64,000 nucleotides of DNA, from positions 85,684,001 through 85,748,000 of the forward strand of contig OZ024741.1 of NCBI GenBank assembly GCA_964016885.1. Reading direction: 5' to 3'. The notes beneath the pieces were generated by a model, which did not search any database, had not been told where the DNA came from, and saw only the letters and a list, made by a program, of their open reading frames with translations. How positions within the stretch are numbered: position 1 is the stretch's first letter; each line of letters opens with the position of its first letter. This DNA comes from Eledone cirrhosa. Taxonomy: Eukaryota. Below, one piece after another: positions 25,973 to 45,721 of the stretch. The translations under genes were made by a program, and so were the position numbers.

Positions 25973-26608
25973 GGCATAGGTTAAGAATAACGTCCTCGAA
26001 ATTGAAACTAGGTTTTCTGACAAGTGAATGTGTTTTTTTTTTTTTTACAATGAAATTTACGATACACTCTTTGTTTATTTACAACAGGTCTCTATAGTGA
26101 TATGGTGTTAATTAGTATTGCGTGTGTGATTATTTTCTCTTATATATATATATGTGTGGGTGTGTATATGTGTGTATATATATGTGTCTGTATGTATATA
26201 TATATATGTGTGTTTGTATATATGTGTTTGTGTCATCATCATCGTTTAGATGTTTTTGTAATATCTTGCCAAAGTTGGCACCAACTATAAACAAATTAAG
26301 GCCGGGTCATAAGAAGGACAGAGAATGATAAGGGATTTGGGTAAAAACATCTAAACGATGATGATGACACAAACACACATATATATATACATACAGACAC
26401 ATATATATACACACATATACACACCCACACATATATATATGAGAAAATAATCACACACGCAATACTAATTAACACCATATCACTATAGAGACCTGTTGTA
26501 AATAAACAAAGAGTGTATCGTAAATTTCATTGTAAAAAAAAAAAAAAACACATTCACTTGTCAGAAAACCTAGTTTCAATTTCGAGGACGTTATTCTTAA
26601 CCTATGCC
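25973..26608. repeat. Long inverted duplication (arms 25973-26257 / 26343-26608)
   Basis: Near-perfect reverse complement except for microsatellite length. Confidence 0.9.
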
Positions 26609-26799
26609 AATAAAATATATATATATATATTATATGCAAAAGTTTTATTTAAGATTGTTGGGTTACAACGAGTAAATATTTTATAACTGATATAAAAGCA
26701 CTCAACCCTGGAGTAGGTTTACGATATTAAACAATTACAATTACAATTGCATTATTACAAGGTATGTCACTAATTATTTATAAAACAGCTTATGTATTG

Positions 26800-26866
26800 T
26801 ATTTTGTCTGAGGAAGGCATACCATATTTTTTAATATGATATCCCAGAAATATATATAACGAAATA
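26800..26866 (+). ncRNA. Minimal type I hammerhead
   Basis: tattttgt-CTGAGGA-aggcatac catatt tttt aatatg atatccca-GAAA-tatata-TA-acgaaata. Confidence 0.65.
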
Positions 26867-26931
26867 AATATGGTTTTATAAATATAGTTTCCATTTGTTT
26901 AATATCGTATATATATATTATATATATATAG

Positions 26932-27122
26932 GAACAAGTAAGACCCCGACGGCTGAGCTCAAGCCGTTTCGACGGCTAATTCTGTGCGTCCAGAATTAGC
27001 CGTCGAAACGGCTTGAGCTCAGCCGTCGGGTCTTACTTGTTCAAATTACCCACTCTACTACCCTAAGTATTGAGTACTTTGGTACGTTATGATCCACCTG
27101 GTTCCTTACCACATTTCCTTCG

Positions 27123-27124
<2 letters not shown>
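26932..27124 (+). mobile_element. Fold-back palindrome (26932-27042) containing the HHR 3' half, plus tail
   Basis: gccgtc-GAAA-cggc ttgagctca gccg-TC-gggtc; family copy at 58507. Confidence 0.75.
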
Positions 27125-27175
<51 letters not shown>

Positions 27176-27310
27176 ACCGTCTAACCCATGCTAGTGTGGA
27201 AGAACGGACGTAAAACGGTGATGATCATGATCATGATGATATATAGTAATAATAATAACGTATATGTGTGTGTGTGTTTGTGCGTGTGTATGTGTATATG
27301 TGTGTATATG

Positions 27311-27369
<59 letters not shown>

Positions 27370-27805
27370 ATGTATGTGTATGTGTATGTATCTGTATATA
27401 TTTGTGTATATATATATATATGTGTGTGTGTGTGTATGTAAGTGTATGCGTATGTATGTACACATGTATATGTATATGATATGTGTATGTATGTATGTGT
27501 GTATGTACCATTATGTATGTTTGTTGTGTGTGTGCCTGCCTGCGTGTGCGTGCGTGTAAGTGTGTGTACGTGTGTAAGTGGGCGCGTGTGTGAATGTGTT
27601 TGTCGACACCTGGAATATATATTAAGTGAAACTTCACAATAAGGGGGTTCACCCCAACACTTGAATCTGTTGATTGAACCTTTTCCGCCTTTGTCACCCT
27701 TATTTTAGCCTTAAAGTATTAACTTTTAAAGAATTTCCCTTTATTTAAACCATTGAACCCCACCCATCCTGTAGACACCTGACTTACAGGCATTGTTATT
27801 TTAAG

Positions 27806-27990
27806 TGGATGGTGAATTGGCAGTATCGGTAGAGGGTCGGACGCCATGCTTTGACGCATAGAGTTACGGCCCTTGCCATTCTGAGTTCAAATCCCGCCGA
27901 GGTTAACTTTCATCCTTATGGGGTCGATAAAATAAAGTACCAGTAATGTACTGAGTAATTGCTGGCCTTGTGTCAATAGTAGAAACAATT
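27806..27990 (+). mobile_element. Family-A SINE inserted in a PLE-type tail
   Basis: A/B boxes; degenerate TSD attgttattttaagtg / attgtttctttaagtg. Confidence 0.85.
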
Positions 27991-28208
27991 GTTTCTTTAA
28001 GTGATAAACAAGGATTGGTATTCCAATTTTTAACTTGTTTACAGTATTCTTTCTGCCTTTGTTAATTTTATAGCTTTAAAGAATTAGCTTTTAATGAACT
28101 CCCTTTTCTTTAAATCCTTCAACCAATGACCTACACCCATCCCAATTCCCACCCTCTCCTACCACCAGATAAGGAAAGACATAAATACTACCATTTACTT
28201 GGACAGCC

Positions 28209-28259
28209 AGCTTCCTGATGATTTCTCACGGATGAAACAGTTCTAGTCCTGTAGAAGCT
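28209..28259 (+). ncRNA. Canonical type I hammerhead
   Basis: agcttc-CTGATGA-tttc tcac ggat-GAAA-cag ttctagtc ctg-TA-gaagct; GUA site. Confidence 0.8.
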
Positions 28260-30739
28260 CTTCTATATTAAAACTTGTATACTCTGTATTGAGTACCTTA
28301 CTTACTGTGGTTACCTCCGATATATATATATATATATATAAAAGGAATTCCAACTTTATCTGATTTACTCGTTTTATTTACAATCCTTTAAAATTTATAA
28401 TGGTATTAGAATGAAATAGTATGGTAGAATATTAAATGTTAAGTGTTAATTGAACAAGTACTTTCATGCTTTCGCAATCTTCAGGTTCATAATGTGTGGT
28501 GACAGTCAAGTTTGCAATTTTCAACAGAGAGAGAGAGAGAGAGAGAGCAAGTAATTATTATACTCAACAACCAGATAATATATATATGTGAGTGTGTATG
28601 AAGTGAAAGAAAAGAGGGAAAGAGTAAGAGGGACAGAGAAAGGATGAGGATGTACTGTAAATGTGTGTGTAGGTTAAAGTGTATTGACATATAGTAAAGG
28701 AAGTAAATTAAGGAGACAGCGAAAGACTGACTATAACATAAGAGTCAGTGTGAATGAATAAAATGAGAACTGGACAGTTTTGTATTCGTGCGTATGTGTG
28801 AATGTGGTTGGGTGTGTAAAGAAAAGAAGAAATAAACGGGCACAATACACTATATATATATATATGTGTGTATGTATGTATGTATGTATGTGTGTGAGTG
28901 TGATTTTATCCATGAGCTGGAGGGAGGCGAGAAGGAGATATAGCCAGAGAGATAGAGTGAGTGAGGCACACGCACTCACTCATAAAGATAGAGAGAAAGT
29001 ATAAATGACAGAGAGAGTGAAATGGAGAAAGACAGATACATAGAGAATGGGTAGAAGAAAGAAAAACACAAACAGTTGAAGAAAGAAGGGAGGGAAAGAG
29101 AACGAGGAGATAGGGGAGGACACTTTTTGTTGTTGTTTTTTTCTTTTCGTATTCTTTTCTTTCGTCATTGTGTGTCGGGCCGGGCTGATGTGGAGGAGGG
29201 TAGACTAAAAACTATGACCAAACACTTGCGGATTTAATTTTAAAAACTCGATCGCCATGTATAATAGAACAATAACTAATGGGTTAAATCGTTCTCCTTG
29301 TTAAACAAACAAACAAGCTATTAATTATTACCTCTATCCCATCCCGTCCGTCATTAAGATTCTCTCTTGGATTGCAAACGTTTAAACTTTTTTTTTTCTT
29401 CTACGTTCCATGCTCGGATTTTTATCATTCCAAAATCTGGCATTCTGACATTCCGAACGAAAACATCAACTCTATATGAAACAGGTACGACAAAAAATTA
29501 TATATATTATACACAAACTAGAGAGTATGTATTTATATATATATATATACATTCTCTAGTTTGTGTGTTTAGAATGTGTTCGTATGTTTAAAGTGCGTGT
29601 AGTATCGTAATGTATGTATATGTATATGTATCTATGTATTTATACGTGTGTGTATCTATGTGTGCTTTACATCTGCTTTTTTTCTGTTTCTTTGTTCGTC
29701 GTGTTATCATTGGACTTCAGTATAAATACAAGTTTGTGTACACACACACACACACATAATCATGTTTTTCTGTGTACGGAGAAGTATTTGAAGGTGTTTA
29801 CAATTTACGCTTCGTTGTTTTCTTTTCACAGCTCCGGCTTCTAATTAAAAAAAAAAGTTTACCTTAATCATCGAATATACTCTGTGTTCTGGCATATATA
29901 TCCATTATATATTTATGTATGTGTATGTGTGTGAATGTGAATTTAGAGGGAAATACTACACCAGTCTTTCCTCTAATGTGTTGTGTAAGGAGTTAAAGGA
30001 GAGTGCATGTCTTTTTTACTTAATTATTATTGTTATTGTCCATTTACTCATAATATATATTTTCTAGTAAGTAGTTTTCTAATGAATAAACCAATTTTTG
30101 TTTTGAATAGGAAATATTTACTTCGACACACACACGCACATCTTTCCACAAATACACACACGCATACACATATATATATATATACATATATACATAGATA
30201 TATACACACACATATTATATATACACACATTATATATATATATATTCATACATGTACACACACACACATACATAGATATATACACACATTATATATGTTT
30301 ATATATATATATTTAAGAGTTAAACAAGATTCAATGAATACATCAAAGAATGAGTTTTTACAATAGATTGGAAGCACTCTACAGTAATATATTTTCCAGA
30401 GTTATTAATATTAATTCCAAATATTAACAAAATAGATATTCTTGTGATCAATTATATTTTATTATACATATTTCAGAGGTACTGAATTAAGTTCAACAGT
30501 CGACATACCCTGACATGGTGCATGGTTAAGATTTAAATCTTAACCATCTACCATGTCTCATGGTCGGGTCGTTGGCGACTAAACTGGCAACCCCACCGAG
30601 GTTTCTTGGTGAGGAGGGTGACTTTGGACATCCTGCAGGACTAAAAACAAAACCTGTCAAAGGGCAAAGGAGCTCTTAAGAGTCAATGGCCATATATATA
30701 CATATATATATATACATATATATATGTAGACATACAACA

Positions 30740-31022
30740 CAACAGGAGGAACAATGAATATAACACCACTGACGATGTTGCAGATGTGCAACGAAAGATT
30801 TATGTAAATTATGTAAACTATATATATATGTGTTTGTCTATATTGTATCTGTATTATTTTTGACCGCCGGTCAGTCAATGGCAACATTGAGGACCGAGTA
30901 AGTTAGATCGCAGATATATATATATAAAAGACAGCGAGAAGCGAAAACCAACCAAACAGTGAGTGTGTTCTGTTATTAATTCTGGCAATATTACGCAAAT
31001 ATGACCCTCCCCAAATATAACA

Positions 31023-31025
<3 letters not shown>
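30740..31025 (+). mobile_element. Solo 3' tail of the Nematis-like PLE with HHR core (30769-30796)
   Basis: Matches 18805-19060; CTGACGA-t-gttgc agatgt gcaac-GAAA. Confidence 0.7.
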
Positions 31026-31058
<33 letters not shown>

Positions 31059-31083
31059 GTATATATATGTATATATATATATG

Positions 31084-31116
<33 letters not shown>

Positions 31117-31130
31117 GTATATATATAAAG

Positions 31131-31670
31131 GACGTAAAATAAGAAAATGTTTTTTTAAAAAAATTTTAAAAAAAATTTTTTTTTCTTACTTAAATTTTCA
31201 CTCCAACTAATTAGTTTCTGCAATGGGATAAAGACAGTTACGTAATCCAACACGTGATTGATTCTTTAGAATCGGCCATTTGACTTGAAGCAGTGAGAAT
31301 TTCGGTACATAGAATCCAGTCCTCGCAAGCTGTTCGATCTACCGAATTATTACTATTTTTATATGAGCCGCCAGTGTCCGCGCATTGCCTGGAGACTTAA
31401 CTGAGAATAGACTTCCTGATGACGCAATGAATTCTCGACAGTTGGATTACGTAACTGTCTTTATCCCATTGCAGAAACTAATTAGTTGGAGTGAAAATTT
31501 AAGTAAGAAAAAAAATTTTTTTAAAATTTTTTTAAAAAAACATTTCTTATTTTACGTCTTTATATTATTGTTCTGCATTCTCCTGCATTGAACCACCTAG
31601 GTACTATGACATAACCTGTGTATTGCTGGCATGGCGTGCATCTGTGCGCTTATGTTAGTTGATATATTAA
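31131..31670 (+). mobile_element. Non-coding element with about 120-bp inverted arms and a partly deleted HHR
   Basis: Arms 31131-31251 / 31441-31558; CTGATGA at 31416 between gagaat and attctc. Confidence 0.65.
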
Positions 31671-31675
31671 ATTAT

Positions 31676-34031
<2,356 letters not shown>

Positions 34032-34231
34032 NNNNNNNNNNNNNNNNNNNNNNNNNNNNNNNNNNNNNNNNNNNNNNNNNNNNNNNNNNNNNNNNNNNNN
34101 NNNNNNNNNNNNNNNNNNNNNNNNNNNNNNNNNNNNNNNNNNNNNNNNNNNNNNNNNNNNNNNNNNNNNNNNNNNNNNNNNNNNNNNNNNNNNNNNNNNN
34201 NNNNNNNNNNNNNNNNNNNNNNNNNNNNNNN
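34032..34231. other. Assembly gap (200 N)
   Basis: N run. Confidence 1.
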
Positions 34232-34645
34232 TGTAGTCTTTGTGTAGTTCCTTATAGATTAATTTTTTATACTCACTCGTGTCCATCTTGTACAGCTTTT
34301 TGGTTTTGTCGGAGGTGACGAAGAGGTGCGGGTCATTCTTGATCTTAGTTATTAGTGTATCAAGGGACGTTAAGAATGGATTGCTGCATTGGTGTTTCTT
34401 TCTGAACTTAACGTTTTTGATCATTTTCAGTAGGTCCTCTTCAAAGGAGTCCAGTAAGGTGCTGTGCGGTGGGTTTCGGTATGTTTTGAAGCCATACCTC
34501 TCTTTGGGTTCAGGAAGGTTACGGGTGTTCTTACCCAGGTGGTAGGCCTTCCATCTGACTCTCCGTATAAACGAATTAGTAGCGTCTATAAGCAGTTTAA
34601 GGTAGGTTTTTCTGCTGGGTAAGTGGATACACTTAAAAGAGACAT
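34232..34645 (-). pseudogene. PLE (Naiad-like) ORF N-terminal region running into the gap
   Basis: SLKCIHLPSRKTYLKLLIDATNSFIRRVRWKA...YGFKT...FEEDLLKMIKNVKFRK...VTSDKTKKLYKM; HHR-like motif upstream. Confidence 0.7.
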
Positions 34646-34932
34646 GGGTAACGGCTGGTTCTCCAACATAATGGCAAATAAGGTGAGATGCTCTACAAAA
34701 GGAGCACGGTAATACAGTATTTACGTATCGAGAAAGAGAAAAGAAGGGGAGGATAGGTGATACATATAGTTATTTGCCAAGTAGCGTATGCCAAAGGTGC
34801 TCGATACTAGTGCCGGCAGTATTAAATATTCGAAGTGTTAATATTTAGTGGGCTAGAGAGTTAGCAGAGCGTAAGCACGTGGGAAAGTAAAAAATCGGAG
34901 AATAGACTGTTAAAACATGTTTATTTAAAACA

Positions 34933-34973
34933 GCACCTACGTACGTTTCGCCCAGTTGGGCTTCTCAAGGGCA
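34933..34973 (-). ncRNA. Hammerhead-like motif upstream of the PLE ORF, variant core TTGAGAA
   Basis: Minus strand: gccc-TTGAGAA-gccc aact gggc-GAAA-cgtacg-TA-ggtgc. Confidence 0.55.
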
Positions 34974-35328
34974 TAAATAATCACAAGTGTTCCTTATATT
35001 GCTCGGAAAGAGTTTTTGGGGGTTAAATCCACATCAAGGTTCATTGCTCGCAAAAATATCTTGTTTTGATTTTGCAGCAGGTCAAGGGAGGTAACTCTGG
35101 CGGTGTTAGGGCAGTCTTTCCCGGACAATTTTTTTTTTTTTTTTTTGCCGCATCTGTTTGTCTGAGGCTGGGTTGGTATGCAAGGATAGTTTCCTGGGTG
35201 TTATTTTGCAGCGCCTGCCCGCCGGGGTGTTAAGACTTGTTGCAGTAAGATCCGGTGTACGGTTTCACTCGTCATCCATAACCCATCTGAAGAAGGATAT
35301 TTTTAAGCGATGTGTACAATTTATCGCT

Positions 35329-36962
<1,634 letters not shown>

Positions 36963-37126
36963 TTAAGGATACTATTTATGGTTATGTATATAATAAAACC
37001 ATTTATAGTTATATATATTTTAGACCCTAAATAGTGAAAGACCACTGTGGGTCAATATATACATTTTGTTTCTATATGTCTCTTGTGTTGAAAAGGAGGT
37101 CAAGTATGTAAAAAATCACTAAATAA

Positions 37127-37175
37127 TTGCTCCGAAGAATCCAAACCTCGGTTTGGAGGAAACAATTGTAAGCAA
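37127..37175 (+). ncRNA. Minimal type I hammerhead, core CCGAAGA
   Basis: ttgct-CCGAAGA-a-tccaaac ctcg gtttgga-g-GAAA-caattg-TA-agcaa; lies in an about 250-bp island inside TA satellite. Confidence 0.7.
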
Positions 37176-37211
37176 ATAAATGATTTAAACTGAACTTTGA
37201 TTCATGTAATT

Positions 37212-37250
<39 letters not shown>

Positions 37251-37297
37251 GTAATATATTGTATATAAAGATATGTATATACATGTCTATATATATA

Positions 37298-37330
<33 letters not shown>

Positions 37331-37595
37331 ATATATATATATGTATATGTATATTTATATGTATATATGTATTATATATATATATATGTATATATATATA
37401 TGTATATATATATATGTATATGTATATTTATATGTATATATATAATATATATATGTATATATATATAAATATATGTATATATTAATATATGTATATATAT
37501 ATATATGTATATATAAATATATGTATATATATATGTATATATGTATATATATATGTGTGTATATATATATTATATATATATGTATATATATCTAT

Positions 37596-37927
37596 CTAAG
37601 GCGGGTAAAATTCCCGAGATCCTTGGACGAGTTCTCTCCAGTGTCTGACCTTAGGGCATCAACATACGTTAACCTTGGTCTTCCGCTTCTAGTGTGTCCA
37701 TGTAGGGGCTCCCAAAGGAGTACTGAGTGCAATGTCAACTCTGGATGTCGGTGAGCATGTCCAGCTAACCTCAGTCTCCTCTGTGTCACTTTTGAGCTGA
37801 CTTTTGGGATGCTCCCATACAGCTCTGAGTTTTTCATCCTAAGTGTATACTGATTAATGTTCAGAGCCATCCTCAGCATTCTCGTGTAGCACGCATCTAC
37901 CATCTGAGTGAGTTTCTTGGTCAGTGT
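37596..37927 (-). mobile_element. RTE-like LINE 3' fragment (same family as 9228-9812)
   Basis: [15 protein letters not shown]...RRLRLAGH...GRPRLTY. Confidence 0.85.
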
Positions 37928-41258
<3,331 letters not shown>

Positions 41259-41261
<3 letters not shown>

Positions 41262-41890
41262 CGTTTCTGAATTTGTTTAGCAAGATTCTTTATCTGAAAA
41301 CGTGTGTTGAAACCTATATTGTTATACTTTGGGAGGGTCATGTTGCCAATAAGAAACACACGCACCAGTTGCTTTCACTTCAATTTAATATAAATTAAAT
41401 TTATAAATTTAGGAATTTATAAATATCTGGTTGGTTGGTTGGTTCCACAACCAGACGATTGTTCATATATTGTCAAAGTTCTTTCGTCACACATTCTGTG
41501 ACCTCTTCAGTGACTGGGTATTCTTTTCTTTGTTTTTGTGCCTCTCCTTTGTTCTGTCCTACGTTATCTTGTTTTTGTGTGTGCTGTGTGCTTAGTTTGC
41601 GCATGTGTTGCATGTGTGTGTGTGTATTTATATTTGTTTATTTATTTGTTTATTTACATGTTACTGGTTGGTTGTTTGTTCTATGTGTGTGTGTGTGTTT
41701 TCAATTTGTCCTTAATTGTAAGTTGTGATGTTGCTGTTCCATTCATGTTTTCTAATTAATTTTGCTTGAAGTTCAATTATGTTTATTGCCTCTGTGATTT
41801 GTCTAAACATTGGTTTTTTCTGTGTGTAGATTCTATTTTTATTTCTATGTCCTCTAATTTACCTTTATGTTCTATGTTAGCATGCTAAAA
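41259..41890 (-). mobile_element. Nematis-like PLE 3' fragment
   Basis: HANIEHKGKLEDIEIKI...RQITEA...LIRKHEWN; shared atgaccctccc.aa.tataacaata tail motif. Confidence 0.7.
41448..41516 (-). ncRNA. Type I hammerhead in PLE tail
   Basis: Minus strand: cagtca-CTGAAGA-g-gtcac agaatgt gtgac-GAAA...GTC-tggttg; stem III weak. Confidence 0.6.
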
Positions 41891-41947
41891 TAGAACATAA
41901 GGGTAAATTACCCTTATGTTCTATTTTAACATGCTAAAATAGAACAT

Positions 41948-42356
41948 AAGGTTTATTATACGATGATCATTTCAATGACCGGGTTCAGTATGAATCCGAG
42001 GGCGTTCGACTGAGGTAGAAGCTGCTAAATAGTCGGTCGTCTTCTTGTCTCTGATTTTCAGCCCCATGGATTTAATCTGTTATATTCCTTTGTTATATTT
42101 TGAATACCTGATGATATCACCGGATTCATACTGAACACGGTCATTGAAATGATCATAGTATAATAAACCTTTAAAGGATTTACACCAGTCCAGCCACCTG
42201 TTATTTTATAATTATTAACTCCGTACTCGCACCACCAACTACACAAACGAAGACGGGTAAGTTGCATTATGTTGAGTGCACTCCATAATATTACATCAAG
42301 ATTGACCATACGGAATGACCAGTTCTATCCAGTGGTGAACCAACAAACCTAAATAT
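41948..42356 (+). mobile_element. PLE-type terminal repeat with inverted partial copy at its 5' end
   Basis: 41948-41998 is the reverse complement of 42121-42171; body matches 12741-13100. Confidence 0.75.
42104..42161 (+). ncRNA. Minimal type I hammerhead with palindromic loop III
   Basis: atac-CTGATGA-tatcaccggattcatactgaacacggtcatt-GAAA-tgatca-TA-gtat. Confidence 0.7.
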
Positions 42357-42469
42357 GTATATATTATATATAGTAATAATAATAAATTTGAAGATCCCGT
42401 TAAGGATTTAATCTGTTATTTTAATAAATATATATGATATATATGTATATATTATATATATATATGTGT

Positions 42470-43082
42470 ATATATATAAAATTAAGTGTGCGTCTGTGTG
42501 TCTGTGTATTACCTATAGGGGCCTACATCTTACGACCGATTTTCATGAAACTTTATAGGCTCATAGATTAGTCATCGGGGAGTGTTTTCTATATGTCAGC
42601 GTATCGTTTTTTTATTCCGGGTCATTCAGCAGATCAATAGGGGGGGGGGGGGGGTCACCTTTTTTTGGGGTATCGAAAAATAAGATTTTTGGCTCTAGCT
42701 CCCACATTTTGCCACCGATTTCGTTCAAATTTTAAAGCAAAATAGATTTTATCATTGCACATCCTGTAATTGCTTTATATTTTGCATTTGTTGTTCAGGG
42801 ACGGCGTGGCGGCAGCTTAAATATTCAAAAATACCACTTTTAGACTCAAAGTTCCACTTTTTCGGCTCTAGCTCCCACATTAATCAACCTACTTTGTTCA
42901 AATTTTACACTACGCTAGATCTGATTATTTCACGTCTAAAAGTAGCTTTACATTTTGGATTTTTTGTTGAGGAACGGCGTGGCAGCCGCTTAAATAATCG
43001 AAAATACCACCTTTTCGCTCAAATTTCCGCCTTTTCGACTCTAGCTCCCACATTTTTCAACCGATTTCGTTCAAATTCGAAA
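42470..43082 (+). mobile_element. Helitron-like non-autonomous element with about 173-bp internal tandem repeats
   Basis: ctctagctcccacatt...gttcaaatt at about 42693, 42866 and 43039; start resembles 19479. Confidence 0.5.
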
Positions 43083-43129
43083 CTCCCTCCCCCAGCATGC
43101 CTCTTCGTCAGTTAGCCGCGTAACTGTAC

Positions 43130-43337
43130 TCAATGCCACAAAGCATGTTGACCGACGCTCTACTGATACTGTAAATAATGTTACGGCTCTTTAAGTTCTG
43201 ATTTCAAATCCCGCTAAAGTTAGCTTTGCTTTTCATCCTTGCGGGGTCAATAAATAAAGTACCAGTAACATACTGGGTCGATTTAATCCACTTACCCCCC
43301 AAAATTGTTGGTCTTGTGCCTAAATCAGAAACCATTA
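43130..43337 (+). mobile_element. Diverged family-A-related SINE
   Basis: tttcaaatcccg...tttcatccttgcggggtcaataaataaagtacc...cttgtgcctaaatcagaaac. Confidence 0.7.
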
Positions 43338-44763
43338 TTTAATAGTTGAAACCATGCAAGGGGTACTGTAATACTAGAACACCAATAATAAATTCTTGTG
43401 TAAACGGAAATCGTGCGGAAGCCTGTTTAATGGATTTTACCTGTAAATCAAAGGTACAGTCTATCTAACAGGCACCGCTGATTGGATGTGGGAACTGTTA
43501 ATAATATACGTGCCTGCAAAATATTAAACCGCCTACACGTTAATTAACGTGTTGAGCGTTAAGTTGATCGAACAACTGAATGCTCATCATCGAAATCGAC
43601 GGAAGATCCATCATTTCATCATAAAAAATTATTTAGTTCAAATCCTTCTGAATTCAACTTTCCTTTTCCAGTCCACTGGGGTCGATTATATATCCCTTAT
43701 TTATTAATGTGGAGTGGTTTATGGTGTAATATTTCTCAGTTAAACATATACCGCATCGTTTTTAACTATTACGGAATTAAGTGGCTCTATTCAAAATAGA
43801 GTCTGATTCCAAATATACTTCGAGAGTGATGTAATGTTTTATTTGTAACGGGGTTTGAAGGTGTGAAACACTGGTGTATTCGCAAATATTATTTACAGTG
43901 TTCGCGATATTACTATATAATTAATAAAATAGTATATGAGAAAACATACACGCGTCGCTTAGTGGTTAGGGTATTCAACTCACAACTATAACGTCATTGT
44001 TTCAATTCTTGGGCTGACACATCATTTCATGTTGCTCTTATTGATAAAACTGGGATCCCTATCACTAAAATACGCAAGAAACCTTCTGTGAGATACAAGC
44101 TCGTAGGATGCCAGTTAAAACTATATAGGCGGAAGCTGTTGATTTCATGTGAATATCCTTCTGTCTATCTGTTCTATCTTCGTAATATGAAATATTCTTA
44201 GTTACAAATGTAGTTAAAGAATACACCTTTCCCTAGAAACACGCGTGTGTGTGTGTGTGTATATATATATACCCATAAGTATACAAAATGTTTCTTCCAA
44301 TATATATATATGTGTTTGTGTCTGTATATGTATTGTGATTTATATTTCCAAGATTTCTATTTTAAAAAATGTTCGGTTATATCAGCTATCTCTAATTCTG
44401 CTTCGTTTTAAAATATCTTCCACCACTACCACGCTCTTCCTTTTTCTCATCCACCCATTACATTACTCTGTCCTTCTCTCTTTCTGCTTAATCGTCCCCC
44501 TCCCTTCTTCTCTCACTCCTTTTCTCTCTCTTCCGGATAACCAAATATAAAACACACAGAGACATATGTATGCACGTGTGTGTACATGTATGGTGGGGGG
44601 GGGGGCTATGTATTACTTTTACGTTGTGTGTAATCAGGTATTACTTTCTCTAGCTCGCTCGCTTTCTCTCTCTCTCAACTATATACATACACATACATAT
44701 ATATAAGGTGATATACAAAATATACACACACAACACGTGTACGCCTCCCTCCACACACACACA

Positions 44764-44806
<43 letters not shown>

Positions 44807-45364
44807 GATGCACACACAATACAAAAACACACGCACACACACGCACAAAAGACATACAGACACATTGTTGGTTCCTCTTGAAAGCAGGCAACATGTCAGT
44901 GTTTCTGCCACTTGATTTTGGTTCGGAAATAACGTCTGAAGATAAAAGGAACATTGTGGAACTTCAAACAAAGCGACTATTCTTCATCTCTTTACCTCAC
45001 CACTACCACCCAAATCAACAAAAACAATACTACCACCAACAACACCACCATCAGCATCGCCATCAACTACATCACCAACAATAAGCCCACTAACAACAGC
45101 TACAACAATAATAACACCAACATCAGCAACAACAATAAAATCATCTTCAACAGCACCAACACCGTCACCAATATCATCAACAGCTCCACAAACACCATCA
45201 ACAATAACATCAACATCATCCTCGGTACCACCAACACTAACACATCTATGTACTTGTGCATATGTATGTATGTAATCATGTATGTATCTATCCGTAAGTG
45301 TATGTGTGCAAGGATGTATGCATTTTCTATCATCAATTTTTTTTTTTTTCTCTATTTTGTTTCG

Positions 45365-45417
<53 letters not shown>

Positions 45418-45721
45418 TCTGTGTGTGTGCTTATAATATTGCTATACTCTTACATATTGTGGCGGTATAATGAAACAATATTGATAACATACAACACAAA
45501 CAACAACAATAATAATACTAAGAAATGAACACCAGCAACGATAACAACAAATACAGTATCAATATCATAAAATATAATCAAAAAGCAAATATATACGTAA
45601 ATTTGTAACTTTGATTATATATACAAAGATATATATGAAACCTAACGAAAGGTTGGGCTCGACCAACTTCAAAACATATGTAGCATTTTTTTGAATAGAC
45701 AAGACATCCGTGGATTTAGAC

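Noticed and set aside
44954-45250. Asn/Thr/His/Gln-rich ORFs
   Set aside because: Degenerate (CAA/CAC/CAT)n trinucleotide repeat
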